Source of the DNA: an uncultured archaeon
GTDB lineage: Archaea; Nanobdellota; Nanobdellia; Woesearchaeales; UBA583
DNA length: 59,172 nt
Reading direction: 5' to 3'
Assembly: GCA_937138345.1 (NCBI GenBank)
Contig: CAKZOW010000029.1
Coordinates: 1 to 59,172 of the forward strand
Shown: positions 47,012 to 57,491 of the stretch, piece by piece
How the letters are laid out: every line of letters starts with the position of its first letter
Position numbering within the stretch: position 1 is the first letter of the stretch
Position numbers and translations under genes: made by a program
Notes under the pieces: model-generated
Database searches by the model: none
What the model was told of the DNA's origin: nothing
The model's input: only the letters and a program-made list of their open reading frames with translations

Positions 47012-49780
47012 TTACTTAAGATAATTTTTAAGACCTCTAAGTGATGTTTGTTCTTCAACCTCCATTTTTATTGAGAATTTCAATATTTCTGCAAATACTA
47101 CAATTAGTACACTAAACACAATGACCATTGCTATATCATAGAGTCCAAGAGTTGAGAGTCCAAAAATCTCTCTTCCAGATTGAGTTCCAATTGTTAAAAT
47201 TGTTAGTATTAATGAAAATCCAACAGAATAGAAGATGTATCTATTTTCAAAGAATTTTCCACTAAAAATTGATTGATGTAATTCTCTTGCATTAAAGGTA
47301 TGGAATAACCCTGAGAGAACCATAACAAGAAATGCTACAGTCATTGCTTTTTCTAAACTTGATTGTTGGATTTGTAATTCCCATAAAAATAATAACAATG
47401 CACTAAACATCATAATTGGAAAAATTACCATAATTTTTGTAAAGATATATTTTGATAGTAATTTCTCTTTTGGATTTCTAGGGATATATGACATGATATT
47501 TGATTTAGTTGGCTCGATACTTAGAGCTAATGCTGGAAATGTTGAAGTTACAATATTGATAAATAAAATCATAATTGCACTAAGTGGCATTGAATAGACA
47601 AACCCTAACATAACTGCTAAAAAAATAATTCCTACCTGAGCAAAGTTTGTAGTTAAAAGATAATAAATAAATCTTTGTATATTGTCATAGATTGTTCTTC
47701 CTTCTTTTACTGCACTTACAATTGTTGCGAAATTATCATCAAGTAAGATCATATCAGATGCCTCTCTTGCCACTTCAGTTCCGTTTTTACCCATACTAAT
47801 TCCAATATCTGACTTCTTGAGTGCTGGAGCATCATTAACACCATCACCAGTCATTGCTACAATTTCCCCTTTTCTTTGAAAGGATGAGATAATTCTCATT
47901 TTATCTTTAGGAGTTACTCTTGAGAAGACTTTGATATCTGAGATTTTAAAATCAAGTTCTTGATCTGAGAGTTCTGAGAGTTCTTCTCCAGTAATTGCTA
48001 TGTCATGATTGTTTGAGATAATTCCTAATTCCTTTGCAATTGAAGTTGCAGTTAACTTATGATCTCCTGTAATCATTACTAGAGAGATTCCTGCAGCTCT
48101 ACATTCTTTGACAGCATCAAATACTTCAGGTCTAATTGGATCTTTAATACATACAATTCCTTCAAGTGTAAATGAGTGTTCAAGGTGATTTTTATCTGCT
48201 TTATGGTCTCTATGATTGGTGTGTTTTGAACCAACAGCCATCACTCTAAATCCTTGAGATGTTTGTGATTCAATGAGTTCTAAATAATGTTGTTTTAGTT
48301 TTGGAGTTAGCGTTACAACTTTTTCTTTTTCATTAACATAATGAGTACATTTTTCAACAACTCTCTCTGCTGCTCCTTTAATTGATGCTCTGAGTTGTTT
48401 TTTATTTGGAATTTCATGAAGTGTTACCATGTATTTTTTCTCAGGTGTAAAAGGTATTTCTGAGATTTTCTTGTGTGATTTTCTAATTTCTACTTCATCA
48501 TAGTTTTGCGATTGAGCAAGAGCAATGAACGCCCCTTCAGTTGGTTCACCATCAAGTTTCCATTGACCATCATCATTGTAGAGCAGAGAATCGTTACATA
48601 GAATTGATGAGAGAAAAAAGTTTTCTTGATGTTTTGAAAATTCGACAGTAGATCCATGTTCTTTAATTGTATATTCAGGAATATAAGGTGTACCTTCAAT
48701 TTCAAACTCTCTTTTAAGACCTAAAAATACTTTTGAGATTTTCATTTTATTCTCAGTTAATGTTCCAGTCTTATCAGTACAAATAACGGTCGTATTTCCA
48801 AGAGTTTCTACAGAATTAAGGTTTTTGAGAAGAGCATTTTTTGTTGCCATGGTTTTTACACCTTTTGAGAGTGCAAGTGTTAAAGCAAGAGGAAAACTCT
48901 CAGGAATTCCTGCAACTGCAACAGCACTAATAATTAAGAGTGCATAGCTTAATTCAACTGAGTTATAAAGAAGCAGTCCAAAAAGTAGAATACAAATCCC
49001 TACAATAATAAAGGTTATTTGTTTACTCATGTCATCAATTTTTTTTTGAAGAGGACTTTTTTCTTGACCTGCTTCTTGGACATCTAGAGAGAGCTTTCCT
49101 ATTTCTGTGTTAAATCCTGTTGCAATGACTAATGCTTTTCCAGTACCTGAAGTAACTGAAGTTGATGCATAAAGCATGTTATCTCTGCTAGCTAATGGAA
49201 GAGAGGTTTTAGATATAGTATTTGCTGTTTTTGATTTTGATATTGATTCTCCGGTTAAAATTGATTCGTCAATTGAGAGACCACCTTCCTCGATTACTCT
49301 CATATCTGCAGGAATGAGGTCACCTCTTTTTAGAAGTACAATATCCCCTGGTACTAACTCTTCAGGATCAATAGTTATTTTTTTGTTATCTCTTAAAACA
49401 AATACATCATTTGGTCTAAGTTTCTTTAGAGCGTTAACTGTTTTATCTGCACTATACTGCTGAAAGAAACTCAGAGCTATTGTTAAAATAATAATTCCCA
49501 TAATTACATAAAACTCTACCATTTCATTAGTTACAAAACTAATTAGAGCAGCAGCAAAGAGAACATACATTAAAATATTATTAAAATTACTTAAGAGAAT
49601 TTTAAGCAGTCTGTATTTATCTTCTTTAATAAATGAGTTTTTACCTGAACTCTCAAGCCTTTTTTGTGCATCATTATGTGATAATCCTTCAAGTGAAGAG
49701 TCAAAGTCTTTGAGAAGAGTTGTTGTATCTTTTGCGTAGAAGGGATGTTCTTTATCTTTTTTATACACTTTTTTTTCCAT
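47012..49780 (-). CDS. cation-transporting P-type ATPase (type II, Ca2+/Na+-ATPase-like)
   Basis: Motifs TGES, ICTDKTGTLTEN, MITGDH and TGDGVNDAPALKKSDIGISMG, with 10 TM helices. Start trimmed to the ATG at 49780. Confidence 0.9.
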   Translation of the reverse strand: MEKKVYKKDKEHPFYAKDTTTLLKDFDSSLEGLSHNDAQKRLESSGKNSFIKEDKYRLLKILLSNFNNILMYVLFAAALISFVTNEMVEFYVIMGIIILTIALSFFQQYSADKTVNALKKLRPNDVFVLRDNKKITIDPEELVPGDIVLLKRGDLIPADMRVIEEGGLSIDESILTGESISKSKTANTISKTSLPLASRDNMLYASTSVTSGTGKALVIATGFNTEIGKLSLDVQEAGQEKSPLQKKIDDMSKQITFIIVGICILLFGLLLYNSVELSYALLIISAVAVAGIPESFPLALTLALSKGVKTMATKNALLKNLNSVETLGNTTVICTDKTGTLTENKMKISKVFLGLKREFEIEGTPYIPEYTIKEHGSTVEFSKHQENFFLSSILCNDSLLYNDDGQWKLDGEPTEGAFIALAQSQNYDEVEIRKSHKKISEIPFTPEKKYMVTLHEIPNKKQLRASIKGAAERVVEKCTHYVNEKEKVVTLTPKLKQHYLELIESQTSQGFRVMAVGSKHTNHRDHKADKNHLEHSFTLEGIVCIKDPIRPEVFDAVKECRAAGISLVMITGDHKLTATSIAKELGIISNNHDIAITGEELSELSDQELDFKISDIKVFSRVTPKDKMRIISSFQRKGEIVAMTGDGVNDAPALKKSDIGISMGKNGTEVAREASDMILLDDNFATIVSAVKEGRTIYDNIQRFIYYLLTTNFAQVGIIFLAVMLGFVYSMPLSAIMILFINIVTSTFPALALSIEPTKSNIMSYIPRNPKEKLLSKYIFTKIMVIFPIMMFSALLLFLWELQIQQSSLEKAMTVAFLVMVLSGLFHTFNARELHQSIFSGKFFENRYIFYSVGFSLILTILTIGTQSGREIFGLSTLGLYDIAMVIVFSVLIVVFAEILKFSIKMEVEEQTSLRGLKNYLK

Positions 49781-49863
49781 ACTTAATATTTGAATAAAAT
49801 ATATATAATAAATTATATTATTAGGTAGGGACAAACTAGAAAAAAATATTTATTATATAAAAT

Positions 49864-50874
49864 CTATAGTAATGTAATGATTTTATCTCTACCATTTTTT
49901 ATAATTTCAATGTAGGAGTGTTCTTCAAGATATTTTAATCTACCCATAAGTGTTGGATGGGTCATTTTTAGATGAATTTTGATGTCTTTCATTGTTGTTG
50001 CTTTTTGGTGCTCTTCTCTTAGTTTTAGAAATGAGATGATTTCATGATATTCGCTTTTTAATATATGTTCTTTAAATTCTTTTTTCTTTTGGGGGTTAGT
50101 TATTGTTTCTTTTTCAATAAATGAAATAATAGATTGTACCTTACTTTCTAAATCATCAATATTTTCTGTTTCTTCATTTCCAAAAATACTATTTGTTTTA
50201 GTATTAATTGATTTAATAGGGTCAATTATTTTTTTTCTTACAAATATTATATGTCTAATTGAGAATATAATAAAGATAACTAAGATACTAATTATTACAA
50301 TACCTGTTGTCAACTCAGTTATTCTTAATGTTGCTTGCGCTTCTTCTTTTTCAATTTGAATACGTAGAATTTCTTTTTCTATATCTTGGATTGCTAAAAA
50401 TATTAACTCCTCATATTCTAGAAATAAACTTTGATTAACTTGATTTTTATTGTTTACAAGAGATTGTCTATGTTGTTTTAAGAGTTCATCTTTAATTGTC
50501 TCTGCATTACTGTGAGCAATAACACTTGAGATGTAAGATTCATATTGAGGAGTTGAAATAAGATTTTCAGAATAATAATTAGCAAGAGTTGTATCCATTC
50601 TCGTACATGTTGAATCTGAATTTTTAATGTCCTCTTCAATTGCAAGTAAATCAGAAAAATTTTGAGTAGCATAATATCGATATACTAAAATAGCATCAGA
50701 GTACAGGTCTACTCTTTTATGTTCTAGAGCTTCAGAGATTGGTTCAAATGTTTCTATATAGTGTAGTGTTGAAGATCTAAGTTCTAATCCTAGAATTAGA
50801 CTAAAAATGAGTAGCACTAGAAAAATAATAAAAGGTAATTTTATGCTTTTGTTAAACAAAGATAGTACATTCAT
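49864..50874 (-). CDS. membrane-tethered winged-HTH regulator (TM, extracytoplasmic domain, TM, cytoplasmic wHTH)
   Basis: Has two TM helices flanking ~170 aa. The C-terminus is ISFLKLREEHQKATTMKDIKIHLKMTHPTLMGRLKYLEEHSYIEI. Confidence 0.5.
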   Translation of the reverse strand: MNVLSLFNKSIKLPFIIFLVLLIFSLILGLELRSSTLHYIETFEPISEALEHKRVDLYSDAILVYRYYATQNFSDLLAIEEDIKNSDSTCTRMDTTLANYYSENLISTPQYESYISSVIAHSNAETIKDELLKQHRQSLVNNKNQVNQSLFLEYEELIFLAIQDIEKEILRIQIEKEEAQATLRITELTTGIVIISILVIFIIFSIRHIIFVRKKIIDPIKSINTKTNSIFGNEETENIDDLESKVQSIISFIEKETITNPQKKKEFKEHILKSEYHEIISFLKLREEHQKATTMKDIKIHLKMTHPTLMGRLKYLEEHSYIEIIKNGRDKIITLL

Positions 50875-50993
50875 AATAATGATTCTAACTTTTTATATTT
50901 AAATATATTTAAAAAACAGTTAAAAACTTTATTTTAAAATACAAGAACGAACCTAGTGAGTGTCTAGTATAATGAAAAAATAATTTAAATTTT

Positions 50994-51308
50994 TTAACAA
51001 CTATGTAAATTTAAATGAAAATATATTATCCAAATTATAGCTAGTAATAATAGTATTAGGGTCAAAACAATGGATATATTTCTTTTACTTAGATTTTTCT
51101 TTTTAATTAAAAATAAAAAACCAAATCCTACAAGAAAGAGTATAACAGTATAAAAAATAAATTCAGAGACATCTGGACCCCAGTATCCACTTCTGTATTC
51201 ATTACCTTTTTCATCAATCCAAGAATCACAAGAGTAAATTGAAGAAAATAAAATTAACAAACATATAAATTTTAAAAATAACCTCATAGATAAATTGTAA
51301 TTCATCAT
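50994..51308 (-). CDS. small membrane protein
   Basis: Has a signal/anchor plus two helices. Confidence 0.35.
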   Translation of the reverse strand: MMNYNLSMRLFLKFICLLILFSSIYSCDSWIDEKGNEYRSGYWGPDVSEFIFYTVILFLVGFGFLFLIKKKNLSKRNISIVLTLILLLLAIIWIIYFHLNLHSC

Positions 51309-51436
51309 TTTATAAATTTTTATTAGTATTTCCTAATTCTTACTGACTTCAAAAATCATTTTATAGAAGCTATAAGTGATTATTCATTTTTAGAGTTATT
51401 ACAAATTATTATTAATAAAATAATTTATTGTTGATT

Positions 51437-52003
51437 ATGAATTCATACAACAAAGTATTAGATTTTGCAGGAGAGCATAAAAAATACGTAGAAAAAATTT
51501 CTTCTTTAACTGAGTTGAAAAATAAAACTATCTTAGATGTTGGTGGGGGAAGTGGTTTAGTTGCTCATTATCTAGCTGAACACAATCCAAAAGAGATTAC
51601 AGTATTAGACCCTTCTCAAGATATGCTTGATAAAATCGAAACTAACTGTACAAGAGTTTGTTCCTCATTTCAAGATTTTATATCAAAGAAAAAATATGAT
51701 ATTGTAGTATGCATTGATTCTCTGCATCATCTCTCAGAGGGTTTTTCCAAACAAGAGGGAAGAGAAGAAGTGAAAAAAGGACTTAAGAAAATCCTAACAT
51801 TGGCTAAAGAAAGAGTTATTATTATTGATCCAAATATCTATACATTAAAAGGAAAATGGATTGACATTCAAGAGAATTATCTACTTAGAATTAATGCTGA
51901 GTTTTTAGTTGAAAAAGATTATAATGAACTACTAAAAGATTATTCATTTAATCTAGAAAAATGGAGACACTATTATGTTGTTGTAGTTGATTTAAAAAAA
52001 TAG
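51437..52003 (+). CDS. class I SAM-dependent methyltransferase
   Basis: Motif I is ILDVGGGSGLVA. An acidic residue follows beta-2 (VLDPS), and motif post-II is VVCIDSLHH. Confidence 0.75.
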   Translation: MNSYNKVLDFAGEHKKYVEKISSLTELKNKTILDVGGGSGLVAHYLAEHNPKEITVLDPSQDMLDKIETNCTRVCSSFQDFISKKKYDIVVCIDSLHHLSEGFSKQEGREEVKKGLKKILTLAKERVIIIDPNIYTLKGKWIDIQENYLLRINAEFLVEKDYNELLKDYSFNLEKWRHYYVVVVDLKK

Positions 52004-52004
52004 G

Positions 52005-52448
52005 TTAATCAAATAATTCTAAATATTTTTTGTATCCTTTTTTCTCAAGCTCACTTTTTGGGATAAATTTAAGTGATGCAGAGTTAATACAATATCTCAC
52101 CCCTCCTAATTCTTGTGGTCCATCATTAAACACATGACCTAAATGTGAGTCTCCTGTTTTTGATCTAACTTCTATTCTTTGCATACCAAAACTAGAATCG
52201 TTTATTTCTTTTGTCAAATCTTTATCTATTGGTTTTGAAAATGCTGGCCAACCACATGAGGAATGAAATTTATCCTTTGATGTAAACAATGGCTCACCAG
52301 TTGTAATGTCCACATAAATACCTTCTTCATTAGCCTTCCAATATTGATTTTCAAATGGCCTTTCAGTTCCATTTTCTTGAGTAACATAATATTGTTCTTT
52401 AGTTAATTCTTTTTTTAGTTCTTCTTTTGATTTTTTTATATATTTCAT
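52005..52448 (-). CDS. msrB: peptide-methionine (R)-S-oxide reductase
   Basis: Motifs [14 protein letters not shown] and RYCINS. Confidence 0.92.
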   Translation of the reverse strand: MKYIKKSKEELKKELTKEQYYVTQENGTERPFENQYWKANEEGIYVDITTGEPLFTSKDKFHSSCGWPAFSKPIDKDLTKEINDSSFGMQRIEVRSKTGDSHLGHVFNDGPQELGGVRYCINSASLKFIPKSELEKKGYKKYLELFD

Positions 52449-52538
52449 TTTTTATTCATACTTTGTACTCATCAAAAATGCGAGCAAAATACTATGCATT
52501 TTTGAGCTCTATTTTTTAAACAAAATAGAGTTTCATTT

Positions 52539-53075
52539 TCAATCCCTCCAATTTTTTTCAATAAACCCTTTTCTACCAGATCCAATAGAGTACATTTCAT
52601 AATGATTTGGATTTTTATTTGAGTAGTCTTGATGATATTGCTCTGCTTTGTAAAAAATACCTAAAGGGATGATCTTTGTCATGATTTCTTTATTAAATTT
52701 TTTTGATTTTTCTAGTTCTTGTTTTGATTTAGTTGCAATTTCTTTTTGTACAGTATTATGATAATAAATTGCAGTTGTGTAATGAAATCCTCTATCTGCA
52801 AATTGTCCATCATCTTGTGTTGGATCTATATGTCTCCAGTATATAGTTAGTAGTTCTTCATAAGATATGATATTTGGATTAAATGTAATTTGCACACCTT
52901 CTCTAAATAATGTTTTACCAGTTGACACTATTTCGTAATTTGGTTTTAGTTCATTTTCCTTATCAGAGACATATCCAGAGACAACTGATATTACACCTTC
53001 TTTTTTTCTAAATGCATCCTCAGAACACCAAAAACAACCTCCTGCAAATGTTGCAATTTCAATATCTTTCTCCAT
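52539..53075 (-). CDS. msrA: peptide-methionine (S)-S-oxide reductase
   Basis: Motifs ATFAGGCFWC, GY.G and YHQ.Y. Confidence 0.92.
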   Translation of the reverse strand: MEKDIEIATFAGGCFWCSEDAFRKKEGVISVVSGYVSDKENELKPNYEIVSTGKTLFREGVQITFNPNIISYEELLTIYWRHIDPTQDDGQFADRGFHYTTAIYYHNTVQKEIATKSKQELEKSKKFNKEIMTKIIPLGIFYKAEQYHQDYSNKNPNHYEMYSIGSGRKGFIEKNWRD

Positions 53076-53176
53076 AATTTATCTAGGACGTCTATTTTTA
53101 TAAATGAACTCTTTAATAATAAAACTTATTTAAAATGAATACTAAACTATATAAATACTTTTTATGATTTTTTACT

Positions 53177-54439
53177 ATGGAAAAACCTCAAAGCAATAAT
53201 CCAATTTCACATTATGTTGATATGGTTCTTAATAGCGATGAGGCTTACAAAGAATTCTTACGAGTGCCGCTTGAGAGACAAGCAATGGTTTTTTTAGATT
53301 TGCCAGGTGATTTTCAAAAAAAATTTGGTGATGATTTATCAGTTAATTATATTTTATCATTATTTAAATTTTTAGACCCCGATGAAATTACTGATTTCCT
53401 ACAGCATTTACCTGAAGAAAAACATAATCAGGTTGCTAAAAAATTAGATGAGAATTTAAAAGAAAAAGTAGATTATCTACTTAAATTCGATCCTAATTCT
53501 GCAGCGGGTCTTATGAATTTAGATTACGTTATTGTTTTCAAGCACTCAAAAGTTGAGACTCTCTATAATAAATTGAAAAAGACTTATGCTAGAAAAAAAA
53601 CAACACCTATTGTTTTAGTTAGAGATAAGGAAAATCACTTAATTGGCCATATTCCTTTTGAGCATTTCATTTTACATAGACCTCATTCTTTAGAACATGT
53701 AATTGAAGATATTCCATTTGTATATTATGATGAACACTATGATGATGTTATTAAAAAATTTAATTCAACAGATCATAAAAATTTAGTTGTAGTTGATTAT
53801 GAGAATCATATTTTAGGTGTTATTGAAACAAATGACTTGTTAAAAAGAATTGAAGAGAGTACAACAGAAGATGTATATGGTCTTGCAGGAGTAAATAAGG
53901 AAGAGGATATTTTAGATAGTGGTTGGTCTAAATTTAAATCTCGGTATTTGTGGTTAATTTTAAATTTATTTACAGCATTTTTAGCAGCAGGAATTGTTTC
54001 ACTTTTTGAAGATACTTTAACTAAATTAGTTTTGCTTGCAGTTTATATGCCAATTATTGCTGGAATGGGAGGTAATGCTGCAACTCAGACATTGGCAGTT
54101 GTTGTTAGGGGAATATCAACTCACGAAATTGATGCTAAAACTAAATTAAGAGTATTAGGTAATGAGCTTTTTGCCGGAACGCTCAATGGTTTTGTTAACG
54201 GAATAATAGTTGCAATTATCGCGTACTTTTGGAACGATATGCCAATGCTTGGAGTAGTTGTTGGATTATCTATGGTAATTAATTTATTCATTGCCGGTTT
54301 TTTTGGAACAATTCTACCTTTTATCTTAGATAGATTCAAAATAGATCCAGCAGTTGCAGCAACTGTATTTGTAACAACAGCCACAGATGTGGTTGGTTTC
54401 TTTGTTTTCCTAGGTCTAGCAGAGATATTGTTGTTATAA
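53177..54439 (+). CDS. mgtE: magnesium transporter MgtE
   Basis: Has an N-domain, a CBS pair and a TM domain with AGMGGNAATQTLAVVVRGI and ATDVVGFFVFLGLA. Confidence 0.9.
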   Translation: MEKPQSNNPISHYVDMVLNSDEAYKEFLRVPLERQAMVFLDLPGDFQKKFGDDLSVNYILSLFKFLDPDEITDFLQHLPEEKHNQVAKKLDENLKEKVDYLLKFDPNSAAGLMNLDYVIVFKHSKVETLYNKLKKTYARKKTTPIVLVRDKENHLIGHIPFEHFILHRPHSLEHVIEDIPFVYYDEHYDDVIKKFNSTDHKNLVVVDYENHILGVIETNDLLKRIEESTTEDVYGLAGVNKEEDILDSGWSKFKSRYLWLILNLFTAFLAAGIVSLFEDTLTKLVLLAVYMPIIAGMGGNAATQTLAVVVRGISTHEIDAKTKLRVLGNELFAGTLNGFVNGIIVAIIAYFWNDMPMLGVVVGLSMVINLFIAGFFGTILPFILDRFKIDPAVAATVFVTTATDVVGFFVFLGLAEILLL

Positions 54440-54440
54440 T

Positions 54441-54460
54441 AGAGATATTGTTGTTATAAT
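54441..54460 (+). repeat. exact 20-bp tandem duplicate of the mgtE end (AGAGATATTGTTGTTATAAT)
   Basis: 54421-54440 and 54441-54460 are identical. Confidence 0.95.
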
Positions 54461-54465
54461 TATTA

Positions 54466-54515
54466 GAGCTTGAGTGAAACGAAACTCTAGCTGTGGGTGG
54501 CTTCAGCAGAAGCAC
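54466..54515 (+). other. conserved spacer element with a bulged hairpin (AGCA loop), second copy
   Basis: GCTTGAGT..GAAAC..AGCTGTGGGTGGCTTCAGCAGAAGCAC. The same blocks occur in the same order and orientation relative to the host gene as at 3366-3419. Confidence 0.7.
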
Positions 54516-54522
54516 GTTGCGG

Positions 54523-54564
54523 TTCTTTGTATTCTTAGGTCTAGCAGAGATATTGTTGTTGTAA
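54523..54564 (+). pseudogene. displaced copy of the mgtE C-terminal tail (FFVFLGLAEILLL*)
   Basis: 42 nt aligned to 54398-54439 with 3 differences, all synonymous (GTT/GTA, CTA/TTA, TTA/TTG). Confidence 0.8.
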
Positions 54565-54677
54565 AATCCATTCGACCAAAAATCTATGATTTTTGAGTTA
54601 TTAGAATTAGTAGAACTAGTTGTTTTATTGTTTTATCTAGTAGTAATATTTTTAAATGCGTTTTGACATTATTTCTT

Positions 54678-54974
54678 ATGTCATCAATGAGTTCATTATT
54701 TTTAGAAGAACAAATTCTTATTTTAGCACAAAAATATAAAGATAATAATTACAATCATTTTCTACTACAATATATTGATCCTTCTAAAAATACTATTGAT
54801 TTATTTTCTTTAAGAAAAGAAGTACCAATTAATCTACGATCATCATTTAAAAATACTTTACTACACACTTACGATGTTTTATCTATCCACTATAGTAGAA
54901 CTGAGGGTAAAAGAAAACTATCACATTTAACAGAGGGAAGTCCAGAATCATTTGGCTTCCCATCTAAATTTTAA
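54678..54974 (+). CDS. hypothetical protein
   Basis: ORF of ~98 aa with no motif. Weak call. Confidence 0.25.
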   Translation: MSSMSSLFLEEQILILAQKYKDNNYNHFLLQYIDPSKNTIDLFSLRKEVPINLRSSFKNTLLHTYDVLSIHYSRTEGKRKLSHLTEGSPESFGFPSKF

Positions 54975-57482
54975 TTATTCAATATTATTTTCTCTAATAT
55001 ATTCAAGTGGTTTTTTCTTTAAGATTGGCAATATACTTAGGTATCCAATAAAGAGTATTGTTAAAATAGTTATTCCAATGTAGATGAATCCTTCAACTAT
55101 GAGAAATGAAAATGTTATATCAAGTAGATACGAACTCACAAGAAAACTAATAGTCATTGCAAATATTAGAGCAAATAGAGATGAAATTATTGCTAATATC
55201 ATATACTCAATAATAAATATCTTTCTAATAAATGAAGTATTTCCTCCTACTAATTTGTAGTAAATACTTTCTTTGAGTCTTTCTTCATGGGTTGCTAAAA
55301 TTGACGAAATCAGTATTAGAATTCCTCCGATGAGTGAGAATACTGTAAAAAATGATGTAATTGATGAAAGTTGCCCAATAATATCTCCTATTGTCTTAGC
55401 TGTTGTCTCTCCATTAATAGTTGTAACTGAGGGAAATTCTTTTGCAATTTGTGTTTGAAGTGGGTTAATTTCACTAGAATTGACTCTAAGTGTTGCAAAG
55501 AGAGTTTGAGGAGCATTTTCTAATACTTCTTCTTCAAATGTAAAATAAAAGAATGCACCTATTCCTTGTTCAACTCTTGATCTAATACTTACAATTTCTG
55601 CTTCAATTTCAATTCCTTGAACTAAAAATACTAATCTATCCCCAATACCTACTCCCATTCTTTGAGCAATTTCGTCCATTGCTGATACTTGAACAACATT
55701 TTTATTCCATGTATCTACAAATATTGAATTACCCTCAGTTAATAATTCACTATCTAAGACTTTATCACCATAAGTTATACTAAATTGTCTTGTAATTCTA
55801 TCTCCTTCAGGTAATGAGTCTTGAATAATTTGAGTATCAACACCATTAATTAAAATAACAGGAGCTCTAATGATTGGGAAAATTGTTGCATTGTGACCTT
55901 CCTTTTCTAGAAACTGAGAAAAGTTATTTTTTTCATTTCCAGGAATATCGATGATAAACATATTTGGAGCATCTTGAGGAAAACTAGTAATAAATTGATT
56001 TTGAAGATTAGTTTCAATAAATGTTAGTGAAAATATCAATGTTAGCGAAATACTCAGCGATGTGATAATTAATAATGTTTTATTTCCAATTCTAAAAAGA
56101 CCTTTAATTGCTAATTTTAATGAGTATAATTTTGTATGTAATCCTATTTTTTTTACAAAGTATAATATTGATGAGACGAATAAGAAAGTAATTATTACAA
56201 GAGATACTATTCCAAGTAAAATATACAATCCTGTAGTTAAGTTTTCTAATTCAATAAAGATAAACATAGCAAAGAATATTACAATCATACTATAGTAAGG
56301 AAGCAAATCAAAAAATCTTTGTTCATTAGAATCTTGTTTTCTAAATATGTCAGTAGGTGAGATATGTTTTAGCTTACTAATTGGGTAAAGTGTAAATAGT
56401 ACTGATATTCCTAATGCAAGGAAAAAACCTTTAAGAGTTGCAGATAAACTTAAACCTATTTGAATACCTTGAGGTAATATTGATTTTAACACATAAGGGA
56501 AGAGTAACATAAAAAGCCAAGCAAATAACATTGCAAAAATAAAGCTAATGCCTGCAAGAACTAAGACAGTTTTGAGATAAAATGTGACAAGTGATGAATC
56601 TTTAGTTCCAAGGACTTTTTTAATTCCAATTGTTTGTTTTAACGATGAAAGATATGATGAAAGAGTTGATGTTAATCCAACACCGGTTATGAAAATAATA
56701 AATATTGAAATTAATTTAATGAAAAACAAAAAATTTGTTGTAAAACTTTGAAGTGTAGATCCATCTTGATAATACATATCTACATCTTCTCTTTCTTGAG
56801 CAGCAGAATTTAATAATTCATATATTTCTAGTGATTCTTCATCGGAGCTTGTTTTAATTGTTGTAGAATATTCAACTCTACTTCTACTTCCTATTAAACC
56901 TGTTTCATTGATATTTTCTATAGGTAGAAGTATTTTAGGACCGAGTGAGAATAAATTTAATGGAGAGTCAGGTTCTGAGATTAACACATCTTGTATTGTA
57001 AATTCTACTTTTCCTATTTGAATATTATCTCCTATTTTAAGATTTAACTGAGTTAGTAAATTCTCCTCTACAATCACATTGTAGGGTTTTAATTGATACT
57101 GTTCTCCAGATAAAAGTTCAATTGAACCATAAAGAGGATGCTGAGGTTCAACTGCTTTTATTTGAGTTAAAAGAGAAGAGTTTGTTTTGTTAGCATATGT
57201 AATTGAAGTGAATTCAAGTCTATTTGATATTATTACATTATACTTTTGTTCAACTTCAAGTAATGCTTGAGTTAAATTACTTGAAAATTCTCTATTTGTT
57301 TCAATAATTATATCTCCTCCAACTAATGTCTTAGAATCTTGGTTAATGTAGTTTTCAGTACTATCTGCTAGCGAATCAACTGAGATGAATATACCTAAAG
57401 AAAAAAGAAGACATAAACAAAATAAAATTGCTTGACCTTTGTAGAAAAAAAGTTCTTTGAAAATCTGTTGTAGTTGTTTCAT
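54975..57482 (-). CDS. ABC transporter permease, FtsX/MacB-like (duplicated, YbbP-type)
   Basis: 835 aa with two FtsX-type 4-helix modules, each preceded by a large extracytoplasmic domain. Adjacent to an ATPase gene. Confidence 0.8.
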   Translation of the reverse strand: MKQLQQIFKELFFYKGQAILFCLCLLFSLGIFISVDSLADSTENYINQDSKTLVGGDIIIETNREFSSNLTQALLEVEQKYNVIISNRLEFTSITYANKTNSSLLTQIKAVEPQHPLYGSIELLSGEQYQLKPYNVIVEENLLTQLNLKIGDNIQIGKVEFTIQDVLISEPDSPLNLFSLGPKILLPIENINETGLIGSRSRVEYSTTIKTSSDEESLEIYELLNSAAQEREDVDMYYQDGSTLQSFTTNFLFFIKLISIFIIFITGVGLTSTLSSYLSSLKQTIGIKKVLGTKDSSLVTFYLKTVLVLAGISFIFAMLFAWLFMLLFPYVLKSILPQGIQIGLSLSATLKGFFLALGISVLFTLYPISKLKHISPTDIFRKQDSNEQRFFDLLPYYSMIVIFFAMFIFIELENLTTGLYILLGIVSLVIITFLFVSSILYFVKKIGLHTKLYSLKLAIKGLFRIGNKTLLIITSLSISLTLIFSLTFIETNLQNQFITSFPQDAPNMFIIDIPGNEKNNFSQFLEKEGHNATIFPIIRAPVILINGVDTQIIQDSLPEGDRITRQFSITYGDKVLDSELLTEGNSIFVDTWNKNVVQVSAMDEIAQRMGVGIGDRLVFLVQGIEIEAEIVSIRSRVEQGIGAFFYFTFEEEVLENAPQTLFATLRVNSSEINPLQTQIAKEFPSVTTINGETTAKTIGDIIGQLSSITSFFTVFSLIGGILILISSILATHEERLKESIYYKLVGGNTSFIRKIFIIEYMILAIISSLFALIFAMTISFLVSSYLLDITFSFLIVEGFIYIGITILTILFIGYLSILPILKKKPLEYIRENNIE

Positions 57483-57491
57483 TTTATTTAT

